This document shows positions 1 to 9,880 of a DNA stretch of 31,967 bases, in pieces. The position numbers were made by a program, and so were the translations under genes. The DNA comes from Geobacteraceae bacterium (GTDB taxonomy: Bacteria; Desulfobacterota; Desulfuromonadia; Geobacterales; Geobacteraceae), in contig JBGPCQ010000016.1 of NCBI GenBank assembly GCA_041481895.1, positions 1 through 31,967 of the forward strand. Reading direction: 5' to 3'. How positions within the stretch are numbered: position 1 is the first letter of the stretch; each line of letters begins with the position of its first letter. The notes under the pieces are model-generated. The model was not told the origin of the DNA and ran no database searches. It was given only the letters and a program-made list of their open reading frames with translations.

Positions 1-287
<287 letters not shown>

Positions 288-306
288 TTAGAGTATTCGG
301 ATATTC

Positions 307-759
307 CTATTTTTTCAACAAATCTTGGAGTTCCACCATGAACTCGCTTATATCCTTAAACGAACGGTAGACCGAGGCGAAGCGGACATAGGCGACCTCG
401 TCGATATCGTGAAGCTCGTTCATTACCCATTCGCCGATGACGGTGCTCGACACCTCCCGCTCGTTCCCTTCCTGAAGACGGGTCTCCAGCTTATCCACGA
501 ACCGCTCGACCGTCTCGACGGAAACCGGCCGCTTTTCGCACGCCTTCTGGATGCCCGCTATCACCTTCATCCTGTCGAAAGGTTCGCGGCGGCCGTCCTT
601 TTTCAGGACCAGCGGCAGGATCTCCTCGACCCGTTCATGGGTGGTGAAACGCTTGCCGCACGACTCGCATTCTCGCCGGCGACGGATGGCCGCTCCACCC
701 TTATCGGGACGCGAATCAACCACTTTACTGTCTTGAAATGAGCAGAACGGGCATTTCAT
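307..759 (-). CDS. nrdR: Transcriptional repressor NrdR (Zn-ribbon plus ATP-cone)
   Basis: [46 protein letters not shown] is the canonical NrdR zinc ribbon, followed by an ATP-cone region. Confidence 0.97.
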   Translation of the reverse strand: MKCPFCSFQDSKVVDSRPDKGGAAIRRRRECESCGKRFTTHERVEEILPLVLKKDGRREPFDRMKVIAGIQKACEKRPVSVETVERFVDKLETRLQEGNEREVSSTVIGEWVMNELHDIDEVAYVRFASVYRSFKDISEFMVELQDLLKK

Positions 760-1229
760 CCGGTGACCTCCGGGGTCTGCATCTCCCCGAACTTCTCTAT
801 GACGACTCCCGACTCCCGGACCATCTCGGCGGCCAGTTGATCGGAGTATCCCTCCTCGTAAACGACCCGCCTGATCCCGGCATTGATGATCATTTTCGAG
901 CAGATTATGCAGGGCATAGTCGTGCAGTAGAGGGTCGAGCCGTCGATATTCGTGCCGTGCTTGGCGGCCTGGATGATCGCATTCTGCTCGGCATGGAGAC
1001 CGCGGCAGAGCTCATGCCGCTCTCCCGAAGGTATGCCCATCTTTTCCCGCAGACAGCCGACGTCGAGACAGTGGGCAACGCCGGAGGGCGCACCGTTGTA
1101 GCCGGTAGCAAGGATGTTCTTGTCCTTCACCACCACGGCCCCCACCTGTCGTCTCAGGCAGGTGGAACGTTTGGCAACCAGGCGTGTTATCTCCATGAAA
1201 TATTCATCCCAGCCGGGACGGGGCATCAC
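756..1229 (-). CDS. dCMP deaminase family protein
   Basis: [21 protein letters not shown]...[12 protein letters not shown]...[19 protein letters not shown] deaminase motifs. Overlaps the nrdR start by 4 nt. Confidence 0.92.
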   Translation of the reverse strand: MMPRPGWDEYFMEITRLVAKRSTCLRRQVGAVVVKDKNILATGYNGAPSGVAHCLDVGCLREKMGIPSGERHELCRGLHAEQNAIIQAAKHGTNIDGSTLYCTTMPCIICSKMIINAGIRRVVYEEGYSDQLAAEMVRESGVVIEKFGEMQTPEVTG

Positions 1230-1354
1230 AACCCTCCATTTATCAGATTTCTGGTAAAATAACCGATACGGTGTACAAGGTCAAGAAGTTAGGCCGATTT
1301 CATATTTCAAGCCGATTTGTGCTGATCTTCAGCCAGTCACGAAAACCTTTGCAA

Positions 1355-1446
1355 CCGCAAAGCACGCAAGGAACGCGAAGAAAACCTGAAACGAAAGGGT
1401 TTAACCCCTGAAAAGATCCTTGCGTTTCCCTTGCGTCTTGAGCGAC
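1355..1446. repeat. Degenerate imperfect palindromic intergenic repeat (CGCAAAG/ACGCAAGG type)
   Basis: CGCAAAGCACGCAAGGAACGC near 1357 is imperfectly inverted relative to CTTGCGTTTCCCTTGCGTCTTGAGCG near 1420-1445, flanking a GGGTTTAACCCC core. Confidence 0.55.
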
Positions 1447-1524
1447 CGAAGGGAGCGGGCGGTCAAGGTCTTGATTCAAGACGTAGATTGCACTGTAGCT
1501 AAAGATTGACGTTAATCAGGTATT

Positions 1525-1851
1525 TCACTCCTCAGGGGAAGTGCGGAGCCTCTTTTTCTGCGACGTCATCTTCTTTTCCGTAAGCCGCTTCTCTTTGGTA
1601 CGATAAGGCACCTTCGTGGCGATCCTCTTTTTCGCTTTCCGTTCCCGTTTCTCCAGGGCCGCCTTGAGCCTCTCCATGGCAACCTCGCGGTTCCGCAACT
1701 GGGAACGGCTTTCGGAAGCCTGGGCAACTACGCCGGTCGGAATATGGCGGATCCGCACCGCCGAATCGGTCACGTTGCGGTGCTGCCCCCCCGGTCCGGA
1801 ACCCCGGTAGAATTCAACCCTTATGTCGGTATCCTTGATTTCTATTGTCAT
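1525..1851 (-). CDS. Small peptide-chain-release-factor-like protein (GGQ domain only)
   Basis: [26 protein letters not shown] is the class I release factor GGQ domain. The protein is 108 aa with a basic C-terminal tail and no stop-codon recognition domain. Confidence 0.88.
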   Translation of the reverse strand: MTIEIKDTDIRVEFYRGSGPGGQHRNVTDSAVRIRHIPTGVVAQASESRSQLRNREVAMERLKAALEKRERKAKKRIATKVPYRTKEKRLTEKKMTSQKKRLRTSPEE

Positions 1852-1928
1852 GATCCCGCTTTCCTTGAAGAGCCATGCTGTGTTAGACTTTAAGTAACAT
1901 AATTCCAGTATATACTACCCGTAAATTC

Positions 1929-2495
1929 ATGAAAGGTAAACGGATGAACGCAGTCAAGCTCCTGGAAAAATACTTTGCCGATGCGGATGCCCTGGCAATC
2001 ATCCTTGATCATAGCCGGCTCGTTGCCGCGAAAGCCCTCAGAATCGCTACTGCGCTGGGGCGCGCGGAACTGGACCGGCAGTTTATCGAGGAAGCGGCAC
2101 TGCTCCACGACATCGGGGTCTGCCGAACCGCGTCTCCCCGCCTCGGCTGCCATGGCGAAGAACCGTATATCCGGCACGGCATCATCGGCCGGGAGATTCT
2201 CGAAAGCGAAGGGCTCCCCCGCCATGCCCTGGTCTGCGAGCGGCACATCGGGGTCGGCCTGACGACCGAGGACATCCGGACCCAGGGCCTCCCCCTTCCC
2301 GAACGGGAGATGTCGCCGTTATCCCGTGAAGAACAGATTATCTCGTTTGCCGACCTGTTTTATTCCAAAAAACCGGGAGCAGTGCAGATCGAAAAATCAG
2401 CGGACGACGTGAGAAAGAATCTGGTTCAGTTCGGAGCAGACAAAGCCGGGATATTTGATGACTGGCTGCAGGAGTTCGATTGCCGCAACCGCTGA
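1929..2495 (+). CDS. HD-domain protein (putative metal-dependent phosphohydrolase)
   Basis: AALLHDIGVCRT (HD motif) and H...DDIRTQGLPLPEREMSPLSREEQIISFADLF pattern. The start may be 1944, which has AAAGGT upstream. Confidence 0.85.
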   Translation: MKGKRMNAVKLLEKYFADADALAIILDHSRLVAAKALRIATALGRAELDRQFIEEAALLHDIGVCRTASPRLGCHGEEPYIRHGIIGREILESEGLPRHALVCERHIGVGLTTEDIRTQGLPLPEREMSPLSREEQIISFADLFYSKKPGAVQIEKSADDVRKNLVQFGADKAGIFDDWLQEFDCRNR

Positions 2496-2550
2496 GTATG
2501 ATATAGTTTCTACTGTTGATTATTCCGCTCACCTGGATTCGGAGTATATC

Positions 2551-4008
2551 ATGACGATACCGTCTGCGCTGGTGAAAATCTCCGGCACTGTCTGGGAGCT
2601 CCCCCGTTCGTACAAGGAGGGGATGCTGGTGCCGGCGCGCATTTACGCCACCGAAAAGCTCCTGAACGGGATGGATGCCGGGGTGTTCGACCAGGTCAGC
2701 AACGTTGCCTGTCTGCCGGGCATCATTAATTATGCCTACTGCATGCCCGACGGGCACTGGGGCTACGGCTTCCCCATCGGCGGGCTCGCGGCGATGGACC
2801 CGGAGGGAGGGGTAATCTCGCCGGGGGGCATCGGCTTCGACATCAATTGCGGGATGCGCCTGGTCCTCACCAACCTGACCCTGGAAGAGGTACAGCCCCG
2901 TCTTCGCACCCTCGTTGACCAGCTTTTTTACCGGGTCCCCGCCGGTGTGGGGTGCCACGGGTTCGTCAAACTCAATCACGACGAGTTCCGCAACGTGGCG
3001 GAACAGGGGTCCCGCTGGTGCCTGAAAAACGGCTACGCCTGGCCCGAGGACCTGGAAAAGACCGAGGAAGGGGGGTGTTTCCCCGGGGCGGACGCCGCGA
3101 AAGTCAGCGACCGGGCTGTCGAGCGGGGCTACAACCAGATCGGCACCCTTGGTTCGGGCAACCACTACCTGGAAATCCAGGTTGCCCGGCCCGAAAACAT
3201 TTTCGATGCGGAGACAGCGCGCTCCTTCGGCGTTACCCTCCCGAACCAGGTAGTTGTCATGTTCCACTGCGGCAGCCGTGGTTTCGGCCACCAGGTAGCG
3301 ACCGACTACCTGCAGACGTTCCTGAAAGTTATGGAGCGGAAGTACGGATTGAACGTTAGGGACCGGGAACTGGCCTGCGCCCCGTTCCGTTCCCGCGAAG
3401 GCCAGGACTATTTTGCCGCCATGAAATGCGCCGTCAACATGGCATTTGCCAACCGCCAGGTCATCCTCCACCGTGTTCGCGAGGTCTTTGCCGACGTATT
3501 CCATCGCGACCCGCACTACCTGGGGATGGACATGGTCTACGATGTCGCCCACAACACCGCTAAACTGGAAAGGCATGCGGTCCACGGAAAGGAGCGGGAA
3601 GTCCTCGTCCACCGCAAGGGATCGACCAGGGCCTTTGCCCCGGGCATGGAAGGGCTTCCCGAATGTTACCGGGAGACCGGGCAGCCGGTCATCATCGGCG
3701 GCAGCATGGAAACCGGCTCCTATCTTCTCGCCGGCCTTGCCACCGGCAGGGAAACATTTTACACCACCGCCCACGGCAGCGGGCGGGTCATGAGCCGTCA
3801 CCAGGCACGGAAACTTTTCCGCGGGGAGAAGCTGCAGCGGGATATGGAAGCGCGCGGCATCTATGTCCGGAGCGCTTCCCGGGGCGGGCTGGCTGAAGAA
3901 GCAGGGTCGGCATACAAGGACATCGACGATGTGGTGGAAGCGACCGAACTGGCCGGACTGAGCAAACGCGTGGTGCGTTTGACCCCGATCGGCAACATTA
4001 AGGGGTAA
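2551..4008 (+). CDS. rtcB: RtcB family RNA ligase
   Basis: GHWGYGFPIGG...GGVISPGGIGFDINCGMRLVLTNL...GTLGSGNHYLEIQV...FHCGSRGFGHQV...GTTHGSG-like TAHGSGRVMSRHQA are RtcB signatures. The ATG at 2551, preceded by GGAG, is preferred to the 2455 start that overlaps the HD gene. Confidence 0.96.
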   Translation: MTIPSALVKISGTVWELPRSYKEGMLVPARIYATEKLLNGMDAGVFDQVSNVACLPGIINYAYCMPDGHWGYGFPIGGLAAMDPEGGVISPGGIGFDINCGMRLVLTNLTLEEVQPRLRTLVDQLFYRVPAGVGCHGFVKLNHDEFRNVAEQGSRWCLKNGYAWPEDLEKTEEGGCFPGADAAKVSDRAVERGYNQIGTLGSGNHYLEIQVARPENIFDAETARSFGVTLPNQVVVMFHCGSRGFGHQVATDYLQTFLKVMERKYGLNVRDRELACAPFRSREGQDYFAAMKCAVNMAFANRQVILHRVREVFADVFHRDPHYLGMDMVYDVAHNTAKLERHAVHGKEREVLVHRKGSTRAFAPGMEGLPECYRETGQPVIIGGSMETGSYLLAGLATGRETFYTTAHGSGRVMSRHQARKLFRGEKLQRDMEARGIYVRSASRGGLAEEAGSAYKDIDDVVEATELAGLSKRVVRLTPIGNIKG

Positions 4009-4014
4009 AAAAGG

Positions 4015-4090
4015 CAAGTATGAAGGATGAATTATGAAGGATGAAGGAATGACTTTTTTTTCATAATTCATACTTCATAATTCATACTTG
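4015..4090. repeat. Simple inverted/tandem repeat between rtcB and the next gene
   Basis: CAAGTATGAA..ATGAATTATGAA is inverted relative to TTCATAATTCAT..TTCATACTTG. Includes two tandem copies of the 14-mer CATAATTCATACTT (about 4062-4089). Confidence 0.8.
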
Positions 4091-4109
4091 ATTTCCAAGG
4101 GGGAAATTC

Positions 4110-5201
4110 ATGGCAAAAAAACTCTTCATCGCCGCCACCGGACAGAACTGCGGCAAGACGACCATGAGTGTGTCGTTGTTGCACCTCGCCCGCCGGAAGT
4201 ACGACCGGGTCGGCTTCATCAAGCCGATCGGCCCGAAGATCGAGATGTACGGCGACATGATGGTCGATATGGATGCGGTGCTGATGGCCAAGACCTACGG
4301 GCTGGAAGAAGATATCGCCCTGATGAGCCCCGTGCCGCTCCATAAAAACTTTACCCGCGACTACCTGAACGGCAAAATGACCTGCCGGGACCTGAAGCGG
4401 AAAATCATCGACGCTGTCAAGATACTTGAAGAGAAAAACGATTTCCTTATCATCGAAGGGGCCGGTCACGGCGGGGTGGGCTCAGTCGTCGGCCTCAGTA
4501 ATGCCTGCGTCGCCCACATTCTTGGCGCGCCGGTCATTATCGTCACCGACAGCGGTATCGGCAGTACCATCGATGCCGTCCATCTCAATCTGGCCCTCTA
4601 TGAAAAGGAAGAGGCTTCCGTGAAAATGGTCCTCGCCAACAAACTTATTGCCGACAAGCGCGAATCGGTGCTCGGATTCCTCAGGAAAGGGTTTCCCGGC
4701 CGGGACCTCCAGGTGACGGGTGGATTCAACTATTCGCCGATCCTGGCCAATCCGACCCTCAGCCATATCTCCAATCTCCTCGATCTCCCCCTCCATGGCG
4801 ACCCGGAAGGGCGGAGCCGCATCATTCACCACATCCAGCTGGGCGCCGCTTCTTCCCAGCGGGTGGTGGACTCCCTCGCGGCATCCAGTCTCATGGTACT
4901 GACCAGTTCCCGGGACGAACTGATAGTCACCCTCTCCTCTCTCTACCATATCCCCGCCTACCGGGAGAAAATTGTCGGCCTGGTCATTGCCGGCCATGTA
5001 CCGATTTCGGAAATCACGCAGCAGATTCTTGATGACAGCAACATTCCCTACATCCGCTTCCACGAAACCACCGCCAGCGTATTCACTACCATCATGGACG
5101 ACGTGGCGAAGATCACGGTCGAAGACCAGGAAAAGATCAACTGGATCAAGGCGAATGCGGAAAAAGAGATTGACTTCGAAGCCATCGATGCCCTGCTCTG
5201 A
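4110..5201 (+). CDS. AAA/BioD-like P-loop protein with DRTGG-like domain (phosphotransacetylase N-terminal-like)
   Basis: KKLFIAATGQNCGKTTMSVSLLHLARR is a P-loop of BioD/CobQ type. FLIIEGAGHGGVGSVVGLSNA and the C-terminal region resemble the N-terminal part of Pta proteins. GGGGGAA precedes the ATG. Confidence 0.8.
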   Translation: MAKKLFIAATGQNCGKTTMSVSLLHLARRKYDRVGFIKPIGPKIEMYGDMMVDMDAVLMAKTYGLEEDIALMSPVPLHKNFTRDYLNGKMTCRDLKRKIIDAVKILEEKNDFLIIEGAGHGGVGSVVGLSNACVAHILGAPVIIVTDSGIGSTIDAVHLNLALYEKEEASVKMVLANKLIADKRESVLGFLRKGFPGRDLQVTGGFNYSPILANPTLSHISNLLDLPLHGDPEGRSRIIHHIQLGAASSQRVVDSLAASSLMVLTSSRDELIVTLSSLYHIPAYREKIVGLVIAGHVPISEITQQILDDSNIPYIRFHETTASVFTTIMDDVAKITVEDQEKINWIKANAEKEIDFEAIDALL

Positions 5202-5227
5202 AGCAGGTAGTGATGGAGCGGGAGATA

Positions 5228-5659
5228 TGCCCTACCGTTATCTGGAAGATATCGCCATCGCCGATGTGGCCTTCGAAGCATGGGGCGCCACCCGGGAAGA
5301 GCTGTTCAGCGCCGCCGCCGATGCGCTCATGAATGTCATGGTGGAAGACCTGACAGCCATCCGCAGGGTAGCGGAACTGACGGTCAGTCTTGAAGACAGC
5401 GACCTGGAATTCCTGCTGTTCAATTTCCTCAATGAACTGGTTTTTTACAAGGATTCCCGGCGCCTGCTGCTGCGGGTCTCCTCCCTCGCCATTACCCTTC
5501 AGGGCGACCTGTTCTCACTGCAGGCATCCCTCTACGGCGAAGAAGCTGACCGGTTGCGACCATCTTTAAACGCCGACGTGAAAGCCGTCACCATGCACCG
5601 CTTCAAGGTCGAACAGACAGAGAAGGGGTGGAGAGCGTCGGTAGTGCTCGACATTTGAG
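5228..5659 (+). CDS. Archease family protein (RtcB cofactor)
   Basis: Translation MPYRYLEDIAIADVAFEAWGATREELFSAAADALMNVMVED...LLFNFLNELVFYKDS...LNADVKAVTMHRFKVEQTEKGWRASVVLDI is typical archease. The ORF track begins upstream at 4972, but this start follows GGAG. Confidence 0.92.
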
Positions 5660-5694
5660 AATCCAGCCAGAATAAAGCTTGTATCCATGAATTA

Positions 5695-8223
5695 TCAGAG
5701 ATCCTCCACCGCCTGGCGCGCCCTTCCGACAATCTCCGCGGGGGTCTCGCTGCGAAAACGGAGCGGGCTCCCGAAAGTCACCGTCACCTTTCCCCTCTGC
5801 GGCCAGATAGCGCCGCGCGGCAGGACCCGCTCCAGACCGTCGATCCTGACCGGCACAACAGGGACCCTCAGCTCGCTCACCATGATCCCCAGTCCCAGCT
5901 TGAACGGAAGCATCCTGCCGTCCCGCGACCGCTCCCCTTCCGGGAAAATGAGAATATTTATGCCGTGATCGGCCAGCCTCCCCATGAACCGCAGAGCGCC
6001 GCGGAACCCTCCTGACTGGGGGAGGGGGAAGATATTGGCCAGCCACGTGCACAGCTCATACGCGAGCCTTTTCCATAACCGCTGATAGACATTTTTGAAA
6101 TTCCGGAAAAAGAACTCTTCCCATGCTGCCGTGGCGGTCCGGTAGCGGATCTGCCGGGGGAGCGCAAACATGACGGCGGGCTGATCGAAATAACTGTTGT
6201 GGTTGGCCACGAAAAAAACCGGCCCGTCGAGCGCTGCCAGATGCTCCGTCCCATGCGCCTCAAGGGTGACGAAACAGCGGAGCAGAGGATAGGTGAAGAT
6301 AAAATCCGAGAACTTTCGTATTCCCCTGACGATCGCAGAATTGGTCCAGAACCTGAAATGTTCGTGGGCTTCGATTTTCTCACGCTTTTCTATAACCCGG
6401 CGCAGTTCGCCGACAGTCGTCTGCGGCCCGATGAGTGAATCTTCCAGGTCGAGACGGTATTCCTGCTCGATATAATTGATCAGCTCCAGCCGTGCTATCG
6501 ATGTGAGCCCCAGGTCGGCCACGAGTCGCGATGCCTCGCTGATCTCCACTGCCGGTGAACCGGTGATCCGCGCAATGAGGTTTATGAGCCTGTCGCCGGA
6601 AACACCTGCCCCCGTCTGCTCCCGCCCTTTTTTGACCTGTTCCTTGACCATGAATTTTCTGATCTTCAGCGTGGTGGTCTTGGGGAATTCAGGTTCGGGC
6701 CAGAGGGAGCAGCCGGTAATCTGGTGGAGTGAATCGAGGCGGCTGTTCGCCTCCCGGATGATATCATCGGGCGAAGTTCCACTCCCGTCGAGCAGGAGTA
6801 CGGCATGCACCTCCTCCCCCCCTCCCCGGTCGAGCCCGATAACGCACGCTTCCCTGACCCCGGCTGTTCTGCCGAGTACCGCCTCCAGTTCGTCGGGATA
6901 GACATTTATCCCGGCCCCGGTGACGATGAGTTCCTTGGCTCTCCCCTTTATGGTCAGCCAGCCGTCAGTCCCGATTTCTCCCAGATCGCCGGTCCTGAAC
7001 CAGCCGTCTCCCGTAAAGGCCTCACGGGTAGCGCTGTCGTTCCGATAGTAACCGGGAAAGATGTTTTCTCCCCTGACGACTATTTCACCCTGGACTATTT
7101 TAACTTCAACTCCCGGGAGAGGTCTGCCGACCGAACCGACGGCCTGACGCTCCAGAGAATTTGCGGTCAGGACCGGCGCGCACTCCGTCAGTCCGTATCC
7201 TTCGATGACCCTGAACCCCAGGGTGTCCCAGAACCTGTGGACATCCTTGTCCAGGGGAGCGCCGCCGGAAACGAACAGGGTGAAATGCGTGCCGAATTTC
7301 CGCTGCACCGGATAAAAAAGGAGCTTGCGCCCCCGGCGGGAGAGCTTTCCGGCAACCGGCATGAGGCGCTGAAACAGTTTGTCCAGGTGTTTCTCCTCAA
7401 GTTCCCGCTCAATCGAGGTTTTGAGCAGCTGTAACAGACGGGGAACGGCGATGACCGCATAGATATCCTCCTCGGACAAGGCCTCCATGATGGCTGAAGG
7501 CTTGAGGGTCCTGAGGCAGACAATGGCCGCCCCCTGGTAGAGCGGCGTGAAAAAACCGCCCATCTGTTCGAACATGTGGGAGAGGGGAAGCAGGGAGAGG
7601 AAGTTGAAGTCCCGGGTAACAACCGGGATATGCCGGTTCACCTGGAGGAGATTGGCGATAAGGTTTGCATGGGTGAGAATCACCCCCTTGGGATTGCCGG
7701 TAGTGCCGGAGGTGTAGATCAACTGGGCAATATCCCGCTGATCCGGCTGCGTGATGGCGGCGAGCGGCTCGAGACCGGGCAGCAGGTACTCAAGGTCTTC
7801 CATCAGGATAGAGGGAGGCCCGGTCACCAGGTCCAGCTTGAACCTGCTCTGAATGACAAGTTTTGCTTCCGTAAGAGTGCAAATGCTTTCAGCGCGCTCG
7901 CGGTCGGACATGAAATCCACCGGGACGGCCACAGCGCCGCGGGCAATGATGCCCCAGAAGGCCACGGCCCACCAGGGGCTGTTGGGCCCCCAGATGAGAA
8001 CTCTGTCCCCTTTTTCGACCCTGTTGTCCGCCAGCCAGCGGTTCATTTTCAGGGAAAGGGCGTAGAGCTGGCCATAGGTCAACGGAAATCTGCGCACACC
8101 GGTACGGTGCACAAACGCCACCTTGTTCCCATGCGCCCTGAAACTTTCCAGCAGATCGACCAACGTTTCCATAGCGTTCCGTGCCCTCGTGCAGATACCA
8201 CTGCCGATAACGGCAGACATCAA
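5695..8223 (-). CDS. Multidomain AMP-dependent acyl ligase + acyl-carrier domain + PlsC-type 1-acylglycerol-3-phosphate acyltransferase
   Basis: Ligase motif YTSGTTGNPKGVILTHANL and GYGLTECAPV...GWFRTGDLGEI; carrier-like VADLGLTSIARLELINYIEQEY; acyltransferase FFVANHNSYFDQPAV...FPEGERSRDG. Confidence 0.93.
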   Translation of the reverse strand: MMSAVIGSGICTRARNAMETLVDLLESFRAHGNKVAFVHRTGVRRFPLTYGQLYALSLKMNRWLADNRVEKGDRVLIWGPNSPWWAVAFWGIIARGAVAVPVDFMSDRERAESICTLTEAKLVIQSRFKLDLVTGPPSILMEDLEYLLPGLEPLAAITQPDQRDIAQLIYTSGTTGNPKGVILTHANLIANLLQVNRHIPVVTRDFNFLSLLPLSHMFEQMGGFFTPLYQGAAIVCLRTLKPSAIMEALSEEDIYAVIAVPRLLQLLKTSIERELEEKHLDKLFQRLMPVAGKLSRRGRKLLFYPVQRKFGTHFTLFVSGGAPLDKDVHRFWDTLGFRVIEGYGLTECAPVLTANSLERQAVGSVGRPLPGVEVKIVQGEIVVRGENIFPGYYRNDSATREAFTGDGWFRTGDLGEIGTDGWLTIKGRAKELIVTGAGINVYPDELEAVLGRTAGVREACVIGLDRGGGEEVHAVLLLDGSGTSPDDIIREANSRLDSLHQITGCSLWPEPEFPKTTTLKIRKFMVKEQVKKGREQTGAGVSGDRLINLIARITGSPAVEISEASRLVADLGLTSIARLELINYIEQEYRLDLEDSLIGPQTTVGELRRVIEKREKIEAHEHFRFWTNSAIVRGIRKFSDFIFTYPLLRCFVTLEAHGTEHLAALDGPVFFVANHNSYFDQPAVMFALPRQIRYRTATAAWEEFFFRNFKNVYQRLWKRLAYELCTWLANIFPLPQSGGFRGALRFMGRLADHGINILIFPEGERSRDGRMLPFKLGLGIMVSELRVPVVPVRIDGLERVLPRGAIWPQRGKVTVTFGSPLRFRSETPAEIVGRARQAVEDL

Positions 8224-8314
8224 GGTATCATTACCTTTTTTTGGTTATAGTTCCGAAATTTATTGCCTTACCGGCTCCCGTCAGAGTATATCATGTACAG
8301 CCAACATTCGTACC

Positions 8315-8494
8315 TAGTTTCCATCCAGAAACTCCGGATGGAAAACTAACAGTTTCCGATTAGGAAAGGAGGGATTTTTTGTTCTGGCAAGGAAATCAAG
8401 GGATTGCGCGGAGGCGTACGACTGTACGCCGCACAAGTAAGCCCGCAGATTGACACCGCCAGGGCGAAAAAGCACCCTTTCCGAATGGAAACTA
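8315..8494 (+). repeat. Dispersed structured element, long copy 1 (about 180 bp)
   Basis: Starts TAGTTTCCATCC and ends ATGGAAACTA. Contains CCATCC..GGATGG and TTTCC..GGAAA hairpins, GGGATTTTTTGTTCTGGC paired with GCCAGGGCGAAAAAGCACCC, and apical hairpin GCGGAGGCGTAC-gact-GTACGCCGC. Highly similar to 19994-20177. Confidence 0.92.
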
Positions 8495-8519
8495 CCTATT
8501 TTCGCATACCGGGACGACC

Positions 8520-9755
8520 ATGCGGTTCATTGCCGACCTCCACATTCATTCCCGCTATTCTCGCGCCTGCAGCCGCGACCTCACCCCTGAAAGCCTCTGG
8601 CGCTGGGGGCAGCTCAAAGGGATCAGGGTCATCGGGACCGGTGATTGCACGCATCCCCTCTGGCTCAGTGAGCTTCGGGAAAAGCTCGAACCGTCCGGCA
8701 ACAACCTTTTGACTCTGAAAAAAGAGCTCCAAACCGACACCGTGCCCGAATCGTGTCGCGCCCCGGTATCATTTCTCCTGACAGGGGAAATCAGCTGCAT
8801 CTACAGTAAAGGGGGTAAAACCAGGAAGGTCCACGCCCTGGTGTTTCTCCCCGATTTTGCCGCAGTCGAGCGATTGAATACAACCCTCGGCCGGATCGGC
8901 AACCTCAATGCGGACGGTCGCCCGATCCTCGGCCTTGACGTTAAAAGGCTCCTGCAGATGGTTCTGGACAGCTCCCCGGACGCCATGCTGGTTCCCGCCC
9001 ATGCCTGGACCCCTCATTTCTCACTGTTCGGAGCATCATCAGGCTTTGACTCACTGGAGGAATGCTTTGAGGAATTGACCCCGCAGATCCACGCCATCGA
9101 AACCGGCCTCTCCTCCGACCCCCCCATGAACTGGCGGCTATCGCAGCTCGACAAGGTCACCCTGATCTCGAACTCCGACGCCCACTCGCCGGCCAAACTC
9201 GGACGCGAGGCGAACATCTTCGCCACCGGGATCGGCTATGGTGCAATCCTGCAGGCCATTAAAGATAAAAGGGGGTTCCTGGGAACTATCGAGTTTTTTC
9301 CCGAAGAAGGAAAATACTACTCTGATGGCCACCGGGAATGCGGGGTACGGCTTACCCCGCAGGAAACGATGGACCATGACTACCTCTGCCCGGCCTGCAG
9401 GAAAAAGGTGACGGTCGGCGTTCTCCATCGCGTAGAAAAGCTTGCCGACCTCCCCGCAGGGAGAAGACCCGAGCATGCCCCTTTCTTCCACTCCATTATA
9501 CCGCTGGCGGAAATTATTGCCGAGGTCTTCCGGGTTGGAGTCGCCAGCAAGAAGGTGGCACGGGCCTATTTCGACCTGCTCGAAAAGCTGGGGAGTGAAT
9601 TTACGATCCTCATCGAAACTGCCGTAGCGGAGATCGCCCGGGCAGGCTACCCCCTGGTAGGAGAAGCAATCCGCAGGATGCGTGCCGGGGAGATTCGCAT
9701 CAGCCCGGGTTTCGACGGGGAATTCGGTAAAATCATCTTGTCTTCGGAGGAGTAG
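8520..9755 (+). CDS. PHP-domain protein resembling endonuclease Q (EndoQ) family
   Basis: FIADLHIHSRYSRACSRDLTPESLWRWGQLKGIRVIGTGDCTHPLWLSEL, ISNSDAHSPAKLGREANIF, and a Zn-ribbon-like CPACRKKVTVGVLHRVEKLAD insertion match the EndoQ layout. Confidence 0.8.
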   Translation: MRFIADLHIHSRYSRACSRDLTPESLWRWGQLKGIRVIGTGDCTHPLWLSELREKLEPSGNNLLTLKKELQTDTVPESCRAPVSFLLTGEISCIYSKGGKTRKVHALVFLPDFAAVERLNTTLGRIGNLNADGRPILGLDVKRLLQMVLDSSPDAMLVPAHAWTPHFSLFGASSGFDSLEECFEELTPQIHAIETGLSSDPPMNWRLSQLDKVTLISNSDAHSPAKLGREANIFATGIGYGAILQAIKDKRGFLGTIEFFPEEGKYYSDGHRECGVRLTPQETMDHDYLCPACRKKVTVGVLHRVEKLADLPAGRRPEHAPFFHSIIPLAEIIAEVFRVGVASKKVARAYFDLLEKLGSEFTILIETAVAEIARAGYPLVGEAIRRMRAGEIRISPGFDGEFGKIILSSEE

Positions 9756-9880
9756 TGTTCCGACTGCAATTAACCGAAAACGTTTAAGGTTGACAACCTC
9801 GCTCATGAAAATTAAAGTTAATTACGTCAGCAACATCCTTTTAGCACTCTGCATGTTGAACCTTGTACGGAGAATAAATC

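Noticed and set aside
2338-4071. 577-aa reverse-strand ORF
   Set aside because: Lies opposite rtcB, which has unmistakable family motifs. The translation has low-complexity composition typical of antisense reading in GC-rich DNA.
9798-9826. TTGACA-N17-TAAAGT as a promoter for the 9881 gene
   Set aside because: The spacing is right, but the -10 is weak and no other feature supports it. Not listed as a feature.
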